Below, in pieces: positions 54,196 to 64,000 of a stretch of 64,000 nucleotides of DNA; position 1 is the stretch's first letter, and every line of letters begins with the position of its first letter. The notes under the pieces were generated by a model. The model made no database searches and was not told the DNA's origin. It saw nothing but the letters and a program-made list of their open reading frames with translations. This DNA is from Octopus bimaculoides. Lineage: Eukaryota. Position numbers and translations under genes: made by a program. Where the stretch lies: contig NC_068995.1 in the NCBI RefSeq assembly GCF_001194135.2, forward strand, positions 54,395,514-54,459,513. The letters run 5' to 3'.

Positions 54196-56436
54196 CGTAN
54201 NNNNNNNNNTTTTTCCGATTGTACTTCCACTACACAAATTGATGTAGCTCTGCATCAAGTAGTTATTGCGTTCCGTTGTTTATTGTATTTTCGTCTTTGT
54301 CTGCTATAGTGTATTCTTTATATACGTGCAAACTATATTATCGCAAATATTGTTTGTTGTGTGTATGTGTGTGTATGTCCTGGGTGTTTTTGTTACTTAT
54401 TTATCTGAAACCTTTTTATCATTCCCAAAGCATGTGTCATTATAGTAATTGTTTCTGTGTTAAATCCCAAGTTCCTGCATATCTCAATTTCCGTATCTTT
54501 GTATGTTGCTATTTTCTACGTCTGTTTTCCGATATTTTGCAATCAGTTGGGACAGATACTTCCACCCGCATCGTTTCCCGGTTGTTGTTGATAACAGTAT
54601 CATAGACGTCGAAAATACCATGATATCATTGTCATTGTGGTGGTGGTGTATGTGTGGAACATTATGTTTTCAGAGAACAGAAATTTGTTGGTAAGCCACT
54701 TCCATTGTATTTGTGTGCGTGTATGCGGAGCGGGGTGGGGTGCGGCGGGGGTAGTTGTTTTCTTTTTAGTTTTATCGCCTTATTGTTATGTGCAATGTCT
54801 GCTTTCAGAGATTAGAAATTTTAAATAGTAACTACTTTTTGCATGTGTAGTCTTAGTCGTGATGATCATATGAGGTCTGCGCAGAAATTGTTCTGTTATG
54901 ATATTTGGTGAGAATATGAGTTATATAAGATCGTAATATAGAATTGGATGCGTTTCGCATTAGTCTAATGAATTTATGCCAATATTTAGTTTTGTGACTG
55001 GAATACAACTGCCACGTAGCCGTATATATTTATATTGAACGCACTCCAATATATTGCAGGAATGTTGGTCATGTTTCCCAATTGAAATTGGCTTCAAAAC
55101 ATTAATCACGCTGACCTTACACGAAATTCATCGTGCAGCACTTGTTCCAGTCTATATAATATAAAACTGTGTTCCGAGAATTGTAAAAAATTGATGGGCG
55201 AACATATTGTCGTGCATGTAGACTATTACGTACAGAAAATATGGTGCGCCCGATGTAGACGACAATGCAATGCTTGTGTTTATATAGAAAATGTGAAACG
55301 AGACAATATAAAATAATTACATGAAAACAGAATATATATATGTATATATATATATAAACGTGTGTGTGTGCGCGCGCGTGTGTACGTGTGTGTGTATCCA
55401 TGTGTATGTGCGAGCGTATTTTTTTCAGTGCATTAGTATGTACGAATGCACATAAACGCATGATCGTAGCCGTTGTCGATCTACAAAAGGAATGCCTAAA
55501 ACCTAAATATTCTTACTCAACGGAAGCAGATTTTAGCGGAATTTGCAGTGTATTGTTACCCTCGGCATTACAATCACCGTGAGTGTGTTATTTGCTTGTT
55601 GACCTGTAACAAAGGACGCTTATTTTTATTTCGGCACATTGTAATATAAAACGTGAATAGCTAAAAGAAAATACATCACACAAAATCGCATGTAAAGCCT
55701 ATAGGTGGCGAATATTTAGAATTGAATGAAGAATTTTCCAAAACGTTATAATTTTACTTTACACAATATTCTAAGTACATTTTCTTGTACTTCATTTGCA
55801 ATACATACTGTAGTTAGCTTTTGTTGCATTGCTTTTTTTTATTTCGACATTGAATATATTTTTTATCTTATATATTTATATCTTCTGTTGGACGTTTTGA
55901 AACTTTTGTTTATGGAAGACTTAAATCAAAATTCTAAAACTTTATCAGGCTTTTTTGTGAAAAACGAATTCGACTAAATCCCTTACAGGCAACACAATCT
56001 TATTTCATTATTTTTCATCTTTTGACATATTAACTGAACATAAAAAAAGAACATCTGTTAGTTGATTTGACATAGACATAGCGAAGAAGGCACAGATTCG
56101 CGCATGCACTCGCAAACACATGGTCACATTTATAAAGTTGCACACAGACATACCTGTATTATATGCATGCTGGAATTTCCCTCCTCTCTCTCGGTATCTA
56201 TCTATCTATATATCTATCTATCTAGATATATAGATAGATAGATACATATATACATATATATAAATAAATATANNNNNNNNNNNNNNNNNNNNNNNNNNNN
56301 NNNNNNNNNNNNNNNNNNNNNNNNNNNNNNNNNNNNNNNNNNNNNNNNNNNNNNNNNNNNNNNNNNNNNNNNNNNNNNNNNNNNNNNNNNNNNNNNNNNN
56401 NNNNNNNNNNNNNNNNNNNNNNNNNNNNNNNNNNAA

Positions 56437-56495
56437 TACATATATGTACCCCCAACACATATATGTACCCCCAATACATATATGTACCCCCAACA
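56437..56495. repeat. 19-bp minisatellite (acatatatgtacccccaa[c/t]) x3, truncated by a gap
   Basis: Three units directly right of N gap 56273-56434. Confidence 0.9.
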
Positions 56496-58009
56496 CAAAC
56501 TCACATAAATGCATTCATATTTATCCATACATATCTATAGTGAGATTTGTTATCTACAACGTCATCCATTTGAACTAGTCTCGTCTTATTCATTTTATAA
56601 TGGTATAGCTTTAGACACCTGCTGTTCTGACAACACTATCTCGGATTAATATACCAGCTTTTAGCACCCAAAATAACACATTTCCAGTTATTGCACTTTT
56701 ATTCCACAAAGCAATGAAGTATCAATGTGCAGGAGTTACCTTAATATCACCAACCGCAGTGAATATGAGCATGGATGTGACATTCAGAAATGTTGCACTA
56801 TCACATTAAAATGCATCAATCGAAACCAAGCAGAATTATTTAAAATTCTAATGTCTAATGATGCCCGATCGAATATCAGGCTTTAACATTGACATTAGTG
56901 CATTACATAATAGGATTAGAATTTCTATCTGAAAGAAATATGCACTTATTACAACAAAATAAATTTATTGGTAAAGCGACACCAACCACATCTCTATGCC
57001 TTCCGTAGCCTAATGCACTATACATGTCATTTGCATTTACTAGTGCGTATAAATCTTTGCGCCAATATAATACTTATAAACCGCCACGATGTTTATGCGC
57101 TAATGTGTATACTATTTCTGTCCCACTGTAGACAACGATTAATATTCAATGACTTAAAATGTTGCACAATGTAGATGAGGCGATATACATATGCTTTAAT
57201 CTATATACCTCAATATATATTAATCTATCAATATATACAGTCATATACTAGGTGCTTGACATATCTTTCAGTTTCTCTCTCTTTCTCTTCTCTGTCTCTC
57301 TCTGTATAAGTATATATATATATATATATGGATGTATCATATACCTACACACGCATGCATAAAACAGATCCGATGTCTTCCCATACGCTTAGGTAAATTT
57401 AATTCTGAATACGTCCATAAACGCAATCGTAAAATAATATCATATTCTCTTCTGATTGTTTTGAAAGCAAAATCCAATCTTTCTAAATTAGGTATGATAT
57501 CAGATAAAAGAAAATGGGGAATAACGATTTAATGAAATAAAAAAGAATTATATGAAATAAATATAACAACAACACATTTCAATTAGACAACAAAATTAGA
57601 ATACAAGCTTTGATTTCGCATGACTACCATTTCCTATATAACGTCAGCAAGCGCAACAGCATCATTGTCAGGAACTGCACTGACTATAACCATAAAAACA
57701 ACAGCAACAGTCAAGAACACAACAACTGCAATAAGAGGAGTGTTAGCAAGAATACCGTGAAACTTTATACTGAGACAATAGAATACATGCTAAAGAACAA
57801 AGGGAAATTGAAATGGAATATCGACTTCTCGAGGCTATTTTTCAAATTGAATCAAAACCTGAAAGATTCACAGCGCGATGGAGCGATGGAATCTAGTTTA
57901 TTCCGCCCTCGTCTTCAATAGTTCCTCAAGAATTTGCAATATTTTTTTCAAAATTCTTAGTTTAAATATCTTGATCTTTTCAATTAAGGTGCATGGTATA
58001 AGAATATCG

Positions 58010-58010
<1 letters not shown>

Positions 58011-58065
<55 letters not shown>

Positions 58066-58175
58066 GTTGTTGTTGTTGTTGTTGTTATTCATGCCTGTCT
58101 TTGTATTGTCCCCCTCATCCATCGCCATGGTGGCAAATAAAATAAGCCATTATCTTTACTATTATTATTTTTTTA

Positions 58176-58267
<92 letters not shown>

Positions 58268-58316
58268 CTTCATCGTTATTATTAATATTATTATTAATAT
58301 TATCATTATTATTATT
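58011..58316. repeat. Two (TAT)n blocks separated by about 60 bp of unique sequence
   Basis: Direct reading: 58011-58089 (grading into GTT) and 58160-58316. Confidence 0.95.
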
Positions 58317-58920
58317 TCTTCCTATTAACGTTGATATTATTTTTGATTCTTTTTATTATTACTTAGTTGCTGAGAACAGTCACGTTTCATGGAGAACCGC
58401 TTAGAAGATATTTCCTTGTAGGATTACTTGCTATTTTTTCTTAAACATTTTACTAACAACGGGTGTTGGAATTTTTAAACACCTCCACTTTTATCTAAAA
58501 CTTAAGCGAAGGCTCTTGTAAATATGAAAAAAAAAAATATGCATACATTTTAAGAACGAGATGGCGTAGGAAGTGACATTTAGACGCAGTAGCGAATGCA
58601 TTTCCTATGCGTTCGAAACACCAACAACAGATTGAAAAATATAGAAAAACTCACATAACATGATATGAAATGGATACTCTAAAGACTTAAAATTTGACGA
58701 GTATATCAGAAAAATGCAAACTTGAATGTAAAGGGCTAAGAAATCCAGCACCAACCAAATTATAATGAAATCGATTGTTAGCTTCGCATGTAAGATCAAA
58801 ATGTCATTATTCGGCAAGAATAGTTAAATATAAATGGAGAGACAACCACAAAAATAAAGACACATACACACACACTATCGTCTTCATTCCGTTCGCATCT
58901 ACCAACTGCACTCACACGAT

Positions 58921-59423
58921 CTTCCGGTTTTATCTTCGACATCCCTATGAAATTGACCATGCATTGTTTTCTTCACCCACTTATTTTCAGTTTCATTCGT
59001 TTTCAATTTCTTGTACAGTGCTTTATCTTTGCAATCTTTCATCCTGCACAAGCCTGACCTTCTTACTTCTAATAATAGCGGTTGTGTGGCATTTTTTACA
59101 TACCATGCTATGTTGTTTTCTTCTGCTCTAATGCTGTGTTCGCATTGAATAAGTCCTCATCCTCCTCTTTTTCTTGGTACGTACAATCTGTCTGTGTTAC
59201 CTTTTAGGTGGAGTGACCCATATCTACTTAGCAACTTCCTTGTCTTTGTGTCTAAGCTGTTTAGTTCGTCTACTGTCCATGCGATTACCCTTGCTCCATA
59301 TCTAAGGAGTGAATCCGCCTGGGTGTTGATGACTTCGATCTTATTCCGTCCGTTTCATTTCGACTTCGGTATCAGTCTCAGTCTGCGCAAATACTTCACC
59401 TTAAATGTTTCTGTCTTGTTTTA
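58921..59423 (-). mobile_element. R4/Dong-type RT thumb to HGQF fragment, 5'-truncated at a (TAA)n tract
   Basis: Single minus frame with two stops: KYLRRLRLIPKSK*NGRNKIEVINT..LLRYGA..W..DELNSLDTKTRKLL..YGSLH....DRLYVPRKRGG*GLIQCEHSIRAEENN..WYVKN..MHGQFHR. Confidence 0.92.
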
Positions 59424-59454
<31 letters not shown>

Positions 59455-59520
59455 GTAGTAGTAGTAGTAGTAGTGGTGGTCTCTGATGAAGTAGTGGCAG
59501 TAGAAGAAGCAGCAACAGCA
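59424..59520. repeat. (ATT)n-(AGT)n tract decaying into mixed triplets
   Basis: Direct reading. Confidence 0.9.
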
Positions 59521-61740
59521 TAATGTATTGGCCAATGTTGCTAGTAATTACGCCTCGCCACTAATGATTGCATAATCTGTCGCGTTCGGAGAATTATGGC
59601 GGTATCCAATTACAAAGCAATAATTAATGTTATACAAATTATGTTATAGTTAAAGTGAGCATATATCGCTAATAATGTCCATTTCGAAAAGATATATCTT
59701 GTAGACGATATATGTGGTATTCCTATTGGCGAGATTTGGTAATATCAAACATCCAAATGTTATTGTTAATTCAGTTATAATGTCGCACGAGACTGTTTCT
59801 TTTAGTGTATATTGTGTGATTACAATTTGACCGGCAGTAAATCAATACATCGGTAGATGTGAGACTGTCACAACCTACCATTTTGCCTTGCGTCTTCGTA
59901 AAAGTATAAGAACAAGGATCACATGCTGGAGACTTTGGCAGCATATCATCAAATATATAAATTATAGTTTAATATGTGGATTGATGAGTCTCAAAACAGA
60001 GAAAATATCTTCATGTTCGCAATTCCTGTTTTTCAGTTTTAATCCGATCACAATAAACCTCATGTTCATCGAATGGTTAGGTCGGTGCATTTACTTTTGT
60101 ACATAATTGTTCAAGAATGCAAACGTCTGCAGTTGCTCAATGTTTGATTCAATGTCTTCAATTCCTCAATGTTTGATCAATGTTTGATTCGATGTATCTC
60201 ACAGCAAGAGCATTTCAACCGACGTTACTTCCTCTCGCTCGTTATGTATTTTGAACCCCTAGGTACCTCATGAACAATATCATTTCATCTCACTTTAAAC
60301 ATAAAAAAGTATGAATGTTAGAATACATACTGATGCAACACGAGGTGTGGAGTACTGCAATGATTTTAACGTTATCTGCAGTTTGCAACAAAACCACATG
60401 CACGGAACCCATATATGTATATATATATATATATACATAATACATACTCACACAACATTTATATGCATGAGTGTGCATATTATTTTCAATCGAACGTATG
60501 TGCCTTCGTGTGACAGAACACATTGGATTTTATTTGTCCAATAGTAATAATATTCATTAGGACGTTCAAAGAGGTTCACGCAGTAATACTCAGCAAAAAT
60601 ACATTAAGTCGTTTAATAATATCCCTTTAATTTTTGACTTCAAATTTAACGGATGTTAAGTTTACTTTTCATTGTTCTGGAATGTCGGAATCAGGGTACT
60701 TTTATAGGGAAGAGATTGATTAAATCGGCGATACTTTCTCTTTATTTTATATTTATAAGATAATGTGAAATCATATGTAAGAGATGTAAGAGATGCAATT
60801 ATTTGAGAAGCAGTCATTGACCATATACTGCAATCAGTTTACGTGATCTATTACATCTGGTTTCTATATGTATTACTAATAAAACTGATGTTATTCTCAA
60901 AAATTGAAGCTGTAAGTACAAACTATCAGCAGACATTTCCGCAAAATCACACTAATTTTACAACACATAAGTGACATTTTAACGATAATACTTTTAATTC
61001 ATGCTAATGGTAATAATATAATTAATTAAATGTTATTACACTCATAATTATAATAATATTTCTTTAATTTCATGGTAGGGAATGTGATCATCGACAATTA
61101 ATTATCAATAGTATATATAGCCATCACCAAAGTAATAATTAATGTCAAAATATTAATAAGAATGAAATAATTGAAATAATAAAATAATAATAATATGAAT
61201 AATATATTATCGTTCATAGATAAAATAATAGAGTTATTTCTAAGATTGACTAAAAGTCCCCATTGGACATGAATTTATGAAAACAATGTAATATGTTTTT
61301 TTATGTTGATAAGCAGAAGACGAAATAGCTAAAAGAATAAAGTAGTAGATACGTTTAAAATATCAATAGCTGTGCTTAGATATCAACTTTAATCTCTGTG
61401 AAAACCTATCGAGGTATAGCGGTATGTTCATGCTCAAAAAGCATAGTTGCCCCGACCTAGTTTACTCCCTACTCACTTCGGAAAATACTGAGATGTCAAA
61501 GAAAAGGAAGAGGAAGAAAGCAGAAAAAGCAGGCGAGCTTAGTGGTAATAAGTTCTGACATTTTCGTAAGCATTGATACGTCTGATCCATATTTCTCAGG
61601 GTATTAGTCAAGATAGATCTATTCCTCCCCACAATGTAATACATCGTATAAAGATGAGATTGAACCTAATGACAATCCTTCCAACTTCATCAACCTCCGT
61701 ATATGACAACTGTGCAAAAACCTGAAATCCCCATTTCTAT

Positions 61741-61832
61741 GTTCAAATCTCATCGGGTGTGACTTTGCTTTTCGCTCATAAAGGTTCCATGAAATACAGT
61801 ATCAGTGATCTATGGAGTCGATATGTTCAATT
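61741..61832 (+). mobile_element. Degenerate SINE family 1 fragment
   Basis: gttcaaatct..cg.g.tgactttgcttttc...tgaaata.agtatcagt...ggagtcgat aligns loosely with the other copies. Confidence 0.55.
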
Positions 61833-62719
61833 CACGAATTTTTAAATGGCTGGAATTTAACCTGTCGTAGATAGTATCTTTAGAAGAAATAATGATAATA
61901 AAATAGGATGCGGGTCAAGAAAAATAGAAGAAAACAAACTAGAACAATTTATTCTAGGTATTGTTTCTTTGAAAAGCTGAAGCTTGAAGAAAATTCACTC
62001 AGAGAATCGGACAATTGAATGACTTCAAAATTTAATGCAATTTCATATATTACTGATCACGGTGAAGGCTTAAAGCAAACTTACATTAAATACTCGCATA
62101 TACAAAACAGAATTCAAATCAGATGTTTCTATAGACGAAATATGGAGCGTACATATTAGAACATGTCTTTGTAACAAGAATAAAATTGCCTTTTCAAAAG
62201 AAGAGTGTTTCCCGTTGTAAACAGTTTATGTAGTTTAACTCAGAAACAACATCGACATAAATAGAAACTCTGGTTATGAGTCAACATATTTATTGCAAAG
62301 ATTATTTTTTTAAAAAAGGTACAAGTAATTATCCCTTGAGGGCAAAATTTTATTTCAGTCATTTTCATTTTTCTTATTCACTTGTAAAGTGTCAGTAGGT
62401 TAATTAATCTGTAATCAATACAGTTTTTTCACCCTGAATAATGCTTAAACTTTTAATTCAATTCGTGATTGTTCTAACGTTACTTGATTTTTAAATACCT
62501 CCAGCCCACGCTGTTCCCATTGTTCTTTCAATCATATTCTACGAAGAGAACAAAACCTGCTAGGCAATTGATTCCCAGTGGGAAATGGAGGCATCATGAA
62601 TTCTTGCCGAATGACTTTTGTCGGATTCAAAATGTTGCTACAATTATGTTACAACGTACACTTTGATGAAGTCATAAAACAGCTTGACAGGGTTGGTTTT
62701 CGTTCCATGTATTTAACAC

Positions 62720-62770
<51 letters not shown>
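62720..62770. repeat. (TAA)n tract, probably the tail of the adjacent minus-strand SINE
   Basis: Perfect run abutting the SINE 3' end at 62777. Confidence 0.95.
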
Positions 62771-62771
<1 letters not shown>

Positions 62772-62776
62772 CTTAT

Positions 62777-62856
62777 AATTCTTTCTACTATAGACACAAG
62801 GCCTGACATTTGGTGCAGAGGGCGCCAGTCGATTGCTTCGACCTCAGTACGCAACT
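62777..62856 (-). mobile_element. SINE family 1, 3' fragment
   Basis: Reverse complement: agttgcgtactgaggtcga..aatcgactgg..ccc...caggccttgtgtctatagtagaaagaatt. Confidence 0.88.
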
Positions 62857-62858
62857 AC

Positions 62859-62960
62859 TCGATAAAATAAATGTTAGTTAAACACTGGGTTCGATGAAAT
62901 CGATTACTCGCCACACACAGAATTTCAGGCCTTGTGCCTTTAATAGAAAGGATTATTATT
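62859..62960 (+). mobile_element. SINE family 1, 3' fragment
   Basis: tcgataaaataa...agttaaacactgggttcgatgaaatcga...aatttcaggccttgtgcctttaatagaaaggattattatt. Confidence 0.88.
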
Positions 62961-63930
62961 ACATCACCACCTAGCTTAACAGAGTAATGTGAAATATGTC
63001 GAAATTTCATTCTTTCTACTATATATTTAATTGCAATTCCGTGAAAGTGTTTACAGTGTGTGCGTGTGTAGGTTTTACTGCTGATCTTCTATAATGTTTT
63101 CCCCGTATGCTTTCCTGTATATATATNNNNNNNNNNNNNNNNNNNNNNNNNNNNNNNNNNNNNNNNNNNNNNNNNNNNNNNNNNNNNNNNNNNNNNNNNN
63201 NNNNNNNNNNNNNNNNNNNNNNNNNNNNNNNNNNNNNNNNNNNNNNNNNNNNNNNNNNNNNNNNNNNNNNNNNNNNNNNNNNNNNNNNNNNNNNNNNNNN
63301 NNNNNNNNNNNNNNNNNNNNNNNNNNNNNNNNNNNNNNNNNNNNNNNNNNNNNNNNNNNNNNNNNNNNNNNNNNNNNNNNNNNNNNNNNNNNNNNNNNNN
63401 NNNNNNNNNNNNNNNNNNNNNNNNNNNNNNNNNNNNNNNNNNNNNNNNNNNNNNNNNNNNNNNNNNNNATATATATTCATTGTCATATGTACACGTGTAT
63501 AGGCTCATGCATGGTTATGTAGTTAGAAATTTATCTTGTAAACATCTGGTATACATCTGCATAATAAATATCTGGTTTCAGTTTCAGACCTGATGCAACC
63601 AATTGTGTGTGTGTATAGAATTCAAAATTACGAGCACAGCAATGATTGTGTCAATTCTGGACTAATGTTCTGTGTTCTCAAGTCACTAAAAATATAATAA
63701 ATAGAATTTGGGAAATATGGAAACTAAAAAGAACTTCAATTGTTAAATATATTTTTATACGGAAACTCTGCTAACTCCATACTTGAACTATGAATTATTT
63801 ATTACATATTCATATCTGTTTCATAACATAACATCATAAAATGTGTTATTCTATAAAACGAAATTATCATTATATCGCCTTCCTGCGCCAAAGTGTTTTA
63901 AGTCGACGAAATAAAATCTCGTTGGTAAGA

Positions 63931-63933
<3 letters not shown>

Positions 63934-64000
<67 letters not shown>
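63934..64000. repeat. (TC)n-(TA)n microsatellite
   Basis: Direct reading, running to the window edge. Confidence 0.97.

Overview
AT-rich, non-coding-looking animal genomic DNA from a gapped draft assembly, with about 15 N-runs that mostly abut (TA)n/(CA)n tracts. The SINE families and microsatellite load look like an octopus (coleoid cephalopod) genome; this is recognition from memory, not a database result. I found no intact protein-coding gene, rRNA, true tRNA or CRISPR array. Nearly all ORFs in the supplied track are artefacts of microsatellites or N-gaps. Supportable content: (i) at least five decayed fragments of an R4/Dong-type (RLE-endonuclease) non-LTR retrotransposon between 43 and 59.5 kb, some abutting (TAA)n tracts; (ii) a CR1-group LINE 3' fragment at 53.1-53.8 kb; (iii) about ten copies of three tRNA-type SINE families, including one head-to-head inverted pair and one copy with an 11-bp target-site duplication; (iv) a mariner-derived remnant; (v) two possible Penelope-like remnants, one with a hammerhead-ribozyme-like core; (vi) many simple and compound microsatellites; (vii) a few weak micro-exon candidates suggesting the window may lie inside long introns. 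I cannot support a claim of a new biological system. The best leads are the R4/(TAA)n/SINE-tail relationship, the inverted SINE hairpin and the hammerhead-like motif.
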